The notes under the pieces are model-generated. The model searched no databases, was not told where the DNA came from, and was given only the letters and a program-made list of their open reading frames with translations. A program made the position numbers and the translations under genes. From Candidatus Saliniplasma sp. (GTDB taxonomy: Archaea > Thermoplasmatota > Thermoplasmata > Halarchaeoplasmatales > Halarchaeoplasmataceae), in NCBI GenBank assembly GCA_046497075.1, contig JAWOGF010000066.1:3786-67785 (forward strand): a stretch of DNA of 64,000 nucleotides. The letters are read 5' to 3'. Of the stretch, positions 28,920 through 36,508 are shown piece after piece (position 1 is the stretch's first letter; each line of letters begins with the position of its first letter).

Positions 28920-29378
28920 ATGGGAGACGAGAACGAAGAACTGAAGGAGGAGATAGAGTCCTTAAAGGAGCAGATGACCACCATGCAGGGTATGCTCCAG
29001 AATTTAATGAACATGCATAAGAATGTGTTATCAAAGGTATCTACAGATTCTGACATCGAAAAGAGGTACCTCAAGATGCTCTCCCTTTACCAGCGCTATG
29101 GAAGGATATCTCCTACCGTACTCCCCGGTATCGAAGATCCAATCTCTGAAAACATCGTAGAGATATTGTTGGATGCTAAGAATGCGAACATCACCCAGAT
29201 CACAGAACGGATGAGACATAGGACGGGATCAGCTTCTAGACATACTGTTAGAGATAGGCTTAAGAAGTTGGAAAAGGAAGGGATAATCAAGAAGGTAGAC
29301 GGTGGTCCGGGTAAGAATTATGTTTTAACCGATAAAACAATCAACAAGTGGGCAGAACTGCTCGGTATTAAGAAATAG
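28920..29378 (+). CDS. Winged-helix transcriptional regulator with N-terminal coiled coil
   Basis: 152 aa. C-terminal ITQITERMRHRTGSASRHTVRDRLKKLEKEGIIKKV is a wHTH pattern. An A/T-rich TATA-like box lies about 25-35 nt upstream of the ATG. Confidence 0.6.
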   Translation: MGDENEELKEEIESLKEQMTTMQGMLQNLMNMHKNVLSKVSTDSDIEKRYLKMLSLYQRYGRISPTVLPGIEDPISENIVEILLDAKNANITQITERMRHRTGSASRHTVRDRLKKLEKEGIIKKVDGGPGKNYVLTDKTINKWAELLGIKK

Positions 29379-29411
29379 GTTGGTCACCCTTATAGTAAAT
29401 AGGTGTAAAAA

Positions 29412-29780
29412 ATGGATATGGATGATATGGAAGATATAGAACAGCTCAAAGAATTGATGGAAACCTTGAACGAAACGGTACCTCCTTTGATATCAGGTAT
29501 TGTGGAAGCGGTTTATAACGCTGAAGACAGTAAAGAATTAGCAAAGAATACGGCCAATTTCTACAAGGAATTGGTGGACGCCGGCATGGATAAGGATCAA
29601 GCGTATAAACTTACAAGAGATTTCATGAAAGGTAGAGACATTACAAGCTTGATAAAAGAAGCCTTAGGAAGTTCAGGACTGATGAGTGGCGCGGGTTTCG
29701 ACGAGGAGGCCGGCGAAGAAATAAAACAGAAGATAGAGCAAAAGATGAAAGAGAAGATGGATGAAGAGGACTGGGATTAG
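29412..29780 (+). CDS. Hypothetical acidic protein
   Basis: 122 aa ORF, 34 nt after the regulator. No motifs recognised. Confidence 0.5.
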   Translation: MDMDDMEDIEQLKELMETLNETVPPLISGIVEAVYNAEDSKELAKNTANFYKELVDAGMDKDQAYKLTRDFMKGRDITSLIKEALGSSGLMSGAGFDEEAGEEIKQKIEQKMKEKMDEEDWD

Positions 29781-30053
29781 ATGAGAGAGGAGGAAGTGGA
29801 GGATAGGGCACCAGTAGAGATAGTCCGAATAATCGCTCTACTCCTCCCTCTCCTTCTAAAAATATTACTGGTTTATTTGAGATATAAGAGAAAAATTAAA
29901 CGGAAAGAAAAGTACCTTAGAAAAGAACTCAAAAAGGCAGGGATGGAGAAACATCATATCGAAGAGATATGTGAAGACATCCAAAGTCTTTCTTTGAAAG
30001 ATCTTATGTCGACGGCTGGTAATCAAGGTGTCCTCAAAGGTCTATTTCCCTAA
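29781..30053 (+). CDS. Hypothetical single-pass membrane protein
   Basis: 90 aa. Start abuts the preceding stop (TAG ATG). One TM helix (IVRIIALLLPLLLKILLVYL) followed by a basic stretch. Confidence 0.5.
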   Translation: MREEEVEDRAPVEIVRIIALLLPLLLKILLVYLRYKRKIKRKEKYLRKELKKAGMEKHHIEEICEDIQSLSLKDLMSTAGNQGVLKGLFP

Positions 30054-30065
30054 ACAACAAGCGTA

Positions 30066-30076
30066 AGATTAAAATC
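30066..30076 (+). promoter_or_regulatory. Putative TATA box for tRNA-Phe, centre of a 7-bp palindrome TAAGATT-AA-AATCTTA
   Basis: A/T-rich TTAAAA lies 27-32 nt upstream of the tRNA 5' end, matching archaeal TATA spacing. Confidence 0.35.
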
Positions 30077-30100
30077 TTATGAGCATATGTTCTCAACTGA

Positions 30101-30173
30101 GCCGCAGTAACTCAGTTGGGAGAGTGTCGCACTGAAGATGCGAATGTCGCCGGTTCAAGTCCGGCCTGCGGCA
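30101..30173 (+). tRNA. tRNA-Phe (anticodon GAA)
   Basis: Hand-folded. GCCGCAG/CTGCGGC acceptor; D-arm ACTC/GAGT; anticodon arm TCGCA-CTGAAGA-TGCGA; T-arm GCCGG-TTCAAGT-CCGGC; discriminator A. Followed by a T5 tract. Confidence 0.95.
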
Positions 30174-30243
30174 TCTTTTTCCAAGTTATCCCAAATAATT
30201 TATGTCAATAAATCATATAATCTAATGCTCAGAGGAGATAAAT

Positions 30244-30792
30244 ATGGGACCTTATGACCGAAAAGATGGGAGTAGAAGTAATAAGCCATTGATAGCTGGA
30301 CTATTGATGATCATCGCATTTATTTTAGCAGTAGTAGCTGCTGGACAGATCTTTTTATTCGATCTAGATGCCGTAGATATTGAAGAAGAACTGGAAGGCG
30401 AAGAAGTGGGACAAGAGTTGATAGAAACAGTTATGAACGTGTGTGGGGCTGTTTTCTTGATCTTGGGTATTTTTTTACTGGTTGGAGGTATATTAGCTAT
30501 AAAACGCATGTATTGGGGTGTAGCTCTAGCTGCGTCTATAGCCGGTATTTTCTCAATGGGACCATTCTTCTTAGGTAGTGTTCTCTCTTTGATAGCACTG
30601 GTTTTGATAGTTATGTCTAAAGATGAGTTCAAGGGGAAAGGTAATGATGGTCAATGGATGCAGGAGCAATCAGAAAAACCACCTACCCAATTTAACCAGA
30701 AAGAAAGTTTCTGCCCTGACTGTGGAAGCCCTATGCGCTATGATGAGGGATACGAGCGTTGGTATTGTGAGACCTGTCAGGAATATAAGTAA
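30244..30792 (+). CDS. Membrane protein with C-terminal zinc ribbon
   Basis: 182 aa, 3-4 TM helices. C-terminal CPDCGSPMRYDEGYERWYCETC. Confidence 0.6.
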   Translation: MGPYDRKDGSRSNKPLIAGLLMIIAFILAVVAAGQIFLFDLDAVDIEEELEGEEVGQELIETVMNVCGAVFLILGIFLLVGGILAIKRMYWGVALAASIAGIFSMGPFFLGSVLSLIALVLIVMSKDEFKGKGNDGQWMQEQSEKPPTQFNQKESFCPDCGSPMRYDEGYERWYCETCQEYK

Positions 30793-30899
30793 AATCAGTA
30801 AAAGATAAGAGTGATATTTAGCCTAGGCACCCCATAACTATATATGGTAGGAGAGTAAGGTGTATCTACGATATGATAAATGTAGGAGGTGAACTAGAT

Positions 30900-31094
30900 A
30901 TGAAAGGTGAAGTAAAGTTCTATAATACCATGAAAAATTTTGGATTCATTAAACCTGATGAAGGTGATGAAGACCTTTTTGTTCATAGAAGCGATATAGA
31001 TGATAACTATTTAAATGAAGGCGATATGGTCGAATTCGAAACTGAACAGAGTGATAGAGGTCCTAGAGCTATTAACGTTAAAAAGATCGATTAA
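30900..31094 (+). CDS. Cold-shock domain protein (CspA family)
   Basis: The track ORF starts at 30873. I prefer ATG 30900, with GGAGGTG 8 nt upstream. Sequence MKGEVKFYNTMKNFGFIKPDEGDEDLFVHRSDI carries RNP1-like (KNFGFI) and RNP2-like (LFVHRS) motifs. Confidence 0.85.
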   Translation: MKGEVKFYNTMKNFGFIKPDEGDEDLFVHRSDIDDNYLNEGDMVEFETEQSDRGPRAINVKKID

Positions 31095-31199
31095 GTATTT
31101 TAGTTGGTACCTGTTTTTCACGTACTGATTTTAAACCCTACTTAAGAAAAATTTTTCCTTTTTATTTTACGATATATGGATGAACTCTGTAAGTAATTC

Positions 31200-31247
31200 A
31201 GTTTCATGGGAAACTATTATATAGGTTAGTTTCATGCGAAACTATTA
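31200..31247 (+). promoter_or_regulatory. Two tandem 20-bp operator-like repeats, each a 6-4-6 palindrome (AGTTTC-ATGS-GAAACT), just upstream of the MATE gene start
   Basis: 31200-31219 is AGTTTCATGGGAAACTATTA and 31228-31247 is AGTTTCATGCGAAACTATTA (19/20 identical). The ATG of the MATE gene is at 31251, and a MarR gene follows the MATE gene. Confidence 0.6.
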
Positions 31248-31250
31248 AAC

Positions 31251-32813
31251 ATGCCCGACGAGAAATCATCAAGCACCATTTTCGGTAAACTAAAAAGAAG
31301 GATGGGTCGACCCGGTAAAGATGAGATACTTGAAGGGAATATAATAGCAGTGATGTTCAAATTGGGTTGGCCTATTATGGTAGCTACTTTTTTGAGGACA
31401 TTGTACAATCTAGTCGATACCATATGGCTTGGACGATTACCCGGTGAGGAGGCCACTTACTCAGTGGCAGCTACTAGTCAAGCTTGGTCTGTAGTTTTCA
31501 TAATTATGTCATTAGAGATAGGTATGGGTATCGCAGCTCTAGCTTTGATATCGCAGTACACAGGGGCAAAAAAATATGAAAAGGCATCAGAATTTGCAGG
31601 TCAACTTTATTTCATAGTCATAATCCTATCCATAGTTTTAGGGATTGTGGGTTACTTTTCCAGTCCTTATTTATTAGAGCTTCTTACGGGACATGGCCCT
31701 GAATCTGCAGGGTTAGCTGATTATGGAACAAGATATTTACAGATCATATTTATGGGTATACCCTTCATGTTCCTCTTTTTCGCTTTTATGTTCATATTGA
31801 GGGGATGGGGGGACAATGTAACTCCTATGAAGATAGTTGCATTTACTGCTACACTCAATATGGTTATCGATCCTATCCTAATATTCGGTTCGGGTGCAGT
31901 AGTAAGTCTGGGTCCATTGACTTTCACAGTTCCTACTTTCTTTGGTTACTCTGTACCTAAAATGGGGATCGAGGGAGCGGCTTATGCCACTATAGGAACA
32001 AGAGCTATAGGAACTATATATTCGATCTATTTGATGTTCTCTGGTAAACTTGGGATTCAAGTAAAACCTTCCTACCTTATTCCAGATCTTTCAAAGATCT
32101 GGCAATTCATAAAGGTTGGTCTTCCTGCTTCTGCTGGAAGATTTTTCAGCGCCTTAGGTTTCTTGATACTTTGGGGAATAATATATAGGCTTCCAAACCC
32201 CGATGTAGCAGGTGCAGCTTATGGAGCTGGAAGCAGAATACTTAACATCACCTTTCTGGTCGTTGGAGGTGTGACCATGGCTATGAGTACCATGGTCGGA
32301 CAGGGTCTTGGTGCAGATTTGGTGGAAAGGACAGAAAAAGTGACAAAAACCGGACTTGTGGCCTTGGTCATTTTGACATCATTCATAGCTGTAACGATCT
32401 TCCTCACAAGAAATATAGTACTAGGTTTCATAGTCCCTGGTAAGCCAGATGTGATCAGTTCTGGGGCTGAATACTTATTGATATTTTCACTATCTATGCC
32501 TTTCTTTGGGATCTTTAGAGGTATAACCGATATCTTCGGTGGTTCTGGGCATACGATACAAAAGATGGTACTCGATTTAACGAGGATATGGGCTTTTAGG
32601 CTGGTCTTTGTATTTGGTTTTGGACTGTTCCTAGGCATGGGTGAAACAGGTGTTTGGGTAGGTATGGCTATCAGCAATGTAGCAGCTGCAGCTCTTGCAT
32701 TTGCTGTCTATTCCAAGGGTTGGTGGAAGGAGAAGGTGATTCATGATAAGCCAGTTTCAGTACCGAAGACATCGGTTGATGATAATGGAGACGTTGAAGA
32801 AAGAGGAAGCTAG
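31251..32813 (+). CDS. MATE family multidrug/toxic-compound efflux transporter
   Basis: 520 aa, about 12 TM helices. N-terminus ILEGNIIAVMFKLGWPIMVATFLRTLYNLVDTIWLGRL is typical of MATE/NorM. Confidence 0.85.
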   Translation: MPDEKSSSTIFGKLKRRMGRPGKDEILEGNIIAVMFKLGWPIMVATFLRTLYNLVDTIWLGRLPGEEATYSVAATSQAWSVVFIIMSLEIGMGIAALALISQYTGAKKYEKASEFAGQLYFIVIILSIVLGIVGYFSSPYLLELLTGHGPESAGLADYGTRYLQIIFMGIPFMFLFFAFMFILRGWGDNVTPMKIVAFTATLNMVIDPILIFGSGAVVSLGPLTFTVPTFFGYSVPKMGIEGAAYATIGTRAIGTIYSIYLMFSGKLGIQVKPSYLIPDLSKIWQFIKVGLPASAGRFFSALGFLILWGIIYRLPNPDVAGAAYGAGSRILNITFLVVGGVTMAMSTMVGQGLGADLVERTEKVTKTGLVALVILTSFIAVTIFLTRNIVLGFIVPGKPDVISSGAEYLLIFSLSMPFFGIFRGITDIFGGSGHTIQKMVLDLTRIWAFRLVFVFGFGLFLGMGETGVWVGMAISNVAAAALAFAVYSKGWWKEKVIHDKPVSVPKTSVDDNGDVEERGS

Positions 32814-32843
32814 ATATGAAAAATATATGATTGGAGTTAAAAC

Positions 32844-33281
32844 ATGGTAGATGACTATTCAGATGAGGATTCCATCCATAAACTGTATCAGATCGTTCAT
32901 AAAAAACTAATCAGGTTTATAAAGTGTGAATTGGAACCGTATGATTTCAACCGTGGTGAGTTCCCACTACTCTTCAAACTGATAAAGAAAGGTGATGGTA
33001 TCACTCAAAAAGAGATCTGCAGTATGCTGTATATCTCAAAATCTACCACCTCCAAGATAATTCACAGTCTAGTAGAAAAAGGGTACTTGAGAAAAGAGAG
33101 GGATGAAAAGGATAAAAGAGTGACAAGGATATATCTTACAGATAAGAAAAACGAGATCAAAGATCTGATGAAAGAAATCGATGAAAAAGCTGAAAACAGG
33201 ATGTTGGAAGGTTTCGGTGTAGAAGAAAAAGAGCAAATGAGAACCTATCTTGAAAGGATCTTGGAAAATCTAGAGGAGTGA
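32844..33281 (+). CDS. MarR family transcriptional regulator
   Basis: 145 aa. wHTH ITQKEICSMLYISKSTTSKIIHSLVEKGYLRKERDEKDKRVTRIYLT. Confidence 0.85.
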   Translation: MVDDYSDEDSIHKLYQIVHKKLIRFIKCELEPYDFNRGEFPLLFKLIKKGDGITQKEICSMLYISKSTTSKIIHSLVEKGYLRKERDEKDKRVTRIYLTDKKNEIKDLMKEIDEKAENRMLEGFGVEEKEQMRTYLERILENLEE

Positions 33282-33285
33282 AGAT

Positions 33286-33507
33286 ATGTTAACGTTATTA
33301 GCCGATATGGCGCTCCTATTCCTGGCATTACTTTTTGTAAAATGGGATATTAATAAACAGGGATTTGACAATAAGGTATACATGGTGTGGTTGATATCCA
33401 CAATGATCGCATACTTTTTTTACTGGATGTACGGCGCAGCGGTGGTATTCGTAGGTTATCTCGTTTTGAGCCGGGTGTTCAAGTATAACTTGAAAAAGAC
33501 ACCGTAA
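33286..33507 (+). CDS. Small hypothetical membrane protein
   Basis: 73 aa, 2 TM helices, 4 nt after marR. Confidence 0.45.
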   Translation: MLTLLADMALLFLALLFVKWDINKQGFDNKVYMVWLISTMIAYFFYWMYGAAVVFVGYLVLSRVFKYNLKKTP

Positions 33508-33545
33508 AGTATAATCTGTCCTACTGTATTGTTTTAAGGGATACA

Positions 33546-34703
33546 TTGCATCTGACCAAGGAAGAAGAAAAAATCTTAGAAGGTGAAGAGGGGCCCGGAC
33601 CAGCTAAGGCCATGGAATTACTTTTGGCCATCGGTAAGATATACGATGCTGAGAAGTTGATACCTATAAAATCAGCTCAGGTTGCCGGCGTTTCTTATAA
33701 GACTATGGGGGATGCTGGGTTAGAATTCGTGGAAGATTTTTCTAATATGGCAAAAGTGAAAGTAAGAACACTGATGAACCCTGCAGGTATGGATCTAGGC
33801 CAAAAAGGTATAGAAGGCGAACACTTCAGAGAAAAGCAGTTGAGGTTAGTTGAAGCTTACAGCAGCATGGGTATCGAACCGTCCTGTACGTGCACGCCTT
33901 ATTTGGCAGGCAATAGACCAAATAAAGACACACATCTAGCATGGAGTGAGAGTTCAGCGGTTTCATTCGCAAACACCGTCCTAGGGGCCCGGACCAATAG
34001 AGAGGGTGGTCCTTCAGCACTCATGGCGGCCGTCATCGGTAAAACGCCTTACTACGGACTTCATATCAAGGAGAACCGTTCTCCGGATATCGTATATGAA
34101 GTCGAAGATCATGTACCGATGGCTCTACTCGGTTATCTAGTGGGGGAGGAGCTCGGAAATAAGATCCCGTATTTCAGAAATATCTCGCCTTCAGAAGACG
34201 AACTCAAATCACTAGGTGCGGCTATGGCTGCTACAGGAGCTGTTGCTTTGTACCATGTAGAAAACATAACTCCTGAGCATGATGATTTTACAGTAAACAA
34301 CCTCGAAACTATAACTGTTACTAAAAAAGATATAGAAGATGTAAGGGACCAACTAACACAAGATAACGATCCCGACGTGATCGTTTTAGGATGCCCTCAT
34401 CTATCATCTAAAGAACTGAAAAAGGTAGCAAAGGAATTAAAAAATAAAAGTATAAAAGACGGACCGGACCTTCTATTATACACAAGCAGGAAGGTCAAAG
34501 AAGATAATCAAAAAACCGTTAAAATCATAGAAGAGAAAGGTGGAAAAGTTATAACCGATACCTGTATGGTGGTCAGTCCTTTAGAGAACGAGTACAGCAC
34601 TGCAGCTACTAACTCGGGGAAAGCAGCCGCATACTTACCGAAACTTGCTCATCAAAACGTCATCTATGCTGATCTAAAAACGTTGATGGAGATGATATCG
34701 TGA
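33546..34703 (+). CDS. Aconitase X (AcnX) catalytic/large subunit, DUF521 family (phosphomevalonate dehydratase large-subunit candidate)
   Basis: 385 aa with a TTG start. N-terminus LTKEEEKILEGEEGPGPAKAMELLLAIGKIYDAEKLIPIKSAQVAG is typical of DUF521. Conserved Cys residues: CTCTPYL, GCPH, DTCMV. Confidence 0.8.
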   Translation: MHLTKEEEKILEGEEGPGPAKAMELLLAIGKIYDAEKLIPIKSAQVAGVSYKTMGDAGLEFVEDFSNMAKVKVRTLMNPAGMDLGQKGIEGEHFREKQLRLVEAYSSMGIEPSCTCTPYLAGNRPNKDTHLAWSESSAVSFANTVLGARTNREGGPSALMAAVIGKTPYYGLHIKENRSPDIVYEVEDHVPMALLGYLVGEELGNKIPYFRNISPSEDELKSLGAAMAATGAVALYHVENITPEHDDFTVNNLETITVTKKDIEDVRDQLTQDNDPDVIVLGCPHLSSKELKKVAKELKNKSIKDGPDLLLYTSRKVKEDNQKTVKIIEEKGGKVITDTCMVVSPLENEYSTAATNSGKAAAYLPKLAHQNVIYADLKTLMEMIS

Positions 34704-35455
34704 TACTGCATGGGAGAGGTGTATCTCCCGGTGAAGCACAGGGAAAGGTTGTGAAGGTCAATGAACCTGTATCCTTCTTAGGAGATGTGGATCCGGAGTA
34801 TGGTATTGTGTTCAATGACGTCGATATATCAGATTCTATCTTCGTTTTTCCAAAGGGAAAGGGAAGCACTGTCGGTTCCTATGTTATCTATCAGTTGAAG
34901 AAGAACGGATGTTCACCTCGAGCGATAGTGAATGAAGAGACAGAAACTATCGTAGCTGCCGGTGCAATAATCTCTGATATACCCTTGGTGGACATGATAG
35001 ATACGGATCTTTTAAAATATGGGGATAATGTACTTCTAGATGGTAACTCAGGGGAATTAGAACTTCAGAATATCTCATCTTTTCCAGTGGTGACCAGTTT
35101 TATAGAGAAGAGTGGAAAGGTTTTAGTTGTCAAAAGGAGTGATAAGGTCGGTAGTTTTCAGGGAAGATGGTCTGCGGTCTCAGGATACTTGGAACGAAAA
35201 GATCCGCTAGAACAAGCTATTGAAGAGATCAGAGAAGAGACAAAGATGGATGTAGAGCTTGTTAACAACGGAGATGTAATTTTTGCCAGGGGCGATAACA
35301 ATATCTGGGAAGTACATCCCTACCTGTTCGAAACCCAGGATGAACCTGTATTGAACTGGGAGAATACAGAGTATAGGTGGGTTACAAAGGAAGAGCTAAA
35401 AAAGCTAAAAACTGTTCCTAAGCTTATAGAAGCCTATGATGAGGTGAAGGTATGA
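34700..35455 (+). CDS. AcnX swivel/small subunit (DUF126) fused to a C-terminal Nudix-fold domain
   Basis: 251 aa. Residues 1-125 carry GRGVSPGEAQGKVV...VFPKGKGSTVGSYVIYQLKKNGCSPRAIV (DUF126). Residues 130-250 carry GRWSAVSGYLERKDPLEQAIEEIREETKM (a Nudix box with deviations). GTGA overlap with the large subunit. Confidence 0.75.
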   Translation: MILHGRGVSPGEAQGKVVKVNEPVSFLGDVDPEYGIVFNDVDISDSIFVFPKGKGSTVGSYVIYQLKKNGCSPRAIVNEETETIVAAGAIISDIPLVDMIDTDLLKYGDNVLLDGNSGELELQNISSFPVVTSFIEKSGKVLVVKRSDKVGSFQGRWSAVSGYLERKDPLEQAIEEIREETKMDVELVNNGDVIFARGDNNIWEVHPYLFETQDEPVLNWENTEYRWVTKEELKKLKTVPKLIEAYDEVKV

Positions 35456-36444
35456 AGGTCAAAACTGAAGAAGGGATCAAAGAAATGAGAGCTGTATGGA
35501 TGGAAGGATATGACTTAAAGATGATAGATCAGAGGTATCTTCCTAACGAACTATGCTTTTTCAAAGCGAAAGATCATTACGATATCAAAAGGGCGATTAG
35601 GGATATGGTAATACGTGGTGCTCCAGCTATAGGAGCCACGGCCGCCTATGGGATGGCACAAGCGATGCATAATGATTCCGACATAGAAGAAGCGGCTGAA
35701 ACTATCAAATCCGCCAGGCCAACGGCTTATGACCTCTTTTATGCAGTAGAATACATGCTAAAACACTCTGACGAGGATCCTGTGAAAACTGCGGAAGGAT
35801 ATGTGGATTCGGTTGTAAATAAATGTAAAGCAATAGGAGAGAACGGAAGTGAGCTTATAGACAATGGAGATAGAATACTGACACATTGTAACGCAGGTGC
35901 ATTGGCAACCGTTGACTATGGTACTGCTTTAGCACCGATAAGAGCAGCCAACGAACGAGGTAAAAATCTCTTCGTTTATGCCGATGAAACTAGACCTAGA
36001 TTACAGGGTGCTAGATTGACCGCCTGGGAATTATACAATGAAGATATCCCTCATGCAGTTATAGTCGATAACGCAGCGGGACATTACATGCAGAGAGGAC
36101 ACATAGACCTTGTAATCGTAGGAACGGATAGAATAGTCGCTAATGGAGATATTGCCAATAAGATCGGAACGTATGAAAAAGCGGTTGTGGCCAATGAGAA
36201 CGATATCCCATTCTATGTAGCAGCTCCGGTCACAACTTTCGATAAAGATATAGAACGAGGTATAGATATACCTATAGAAGAGAGGGAACAGGAAGAAATT
36301 ACAGATATCTACGATACTAGAATCATACCAGAGGGCTCCGAAGCACTAAACCCCGCCTTCGATGTCACTCCTTCCAAATTCATAACCGGCTTCATCACTG
36401 AGAAAGGGGTATTCTCCCCTTCTGATATACAGAACATGTTCTAG
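35452..36444 (+). CDS. mtnA: Methylthioribose-1-phosphate isomerase family protein (MtnA / aIF-2BI, eIF-2B alpha/beta/delta fold)
   Basis: 330 aa. Motifs LKMIDQRYLP, IRDMVIRGAPAIGATAAYGMAQA and VGTDRIVANGDIANKIGT. ATGA overlap with the preceding gene. Confidence 0.8.
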   Translation: MKVKTEEGIKEMRAVWMEGYDLKMIDQRYLPNELCFFKAKDHYDIKRAIRDMVIRGAPAIGATAAYGMAQAMHNDSDIEEAAETIKSARPTAYDLFYAVEYMLKHSDEDPVKTAEGYVDSVVNKCKAIGENGSELIDNGDRILTHCNAGALATVDYGTALAPIRAANERGKNLFVYADETRPRLQGARLTAWELYNEDIPHAVIVDNAAGHYMQRGHIDLVIVGTDRIVANGDIANKIGTYEKAVVANENDIPFYVAAPVTTFDKDIERGIDIPIEEREQEEITDIYDTRIIPEGSEALNPAFDVTPSKFITGFITEKGVFSPSDIQNMF

Positions 36445-36508
36445 AATAACATAATTTTCTAGAATAACCAAAAACTATTTAACTTAAACAATATGATATA
36501 AAAATGTC

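Noticed and set aside
28679-30099. An 11-12-nt motif TGTTCTCAACT next to both tRNA-Ser (28680-28690) and tRNA-Phe (30088-30098), with a partial copy at 28908-28918, as possible att sites of an integrated element
   Set aside because: There is no integrase or other mobile-element gene between them. The distance to the tRNA start differs (20 nt versus 3 nt). By rough estimate, hundreds of 11-mer coincidences are expected by chance in 64 kb of AT-rich DNA.
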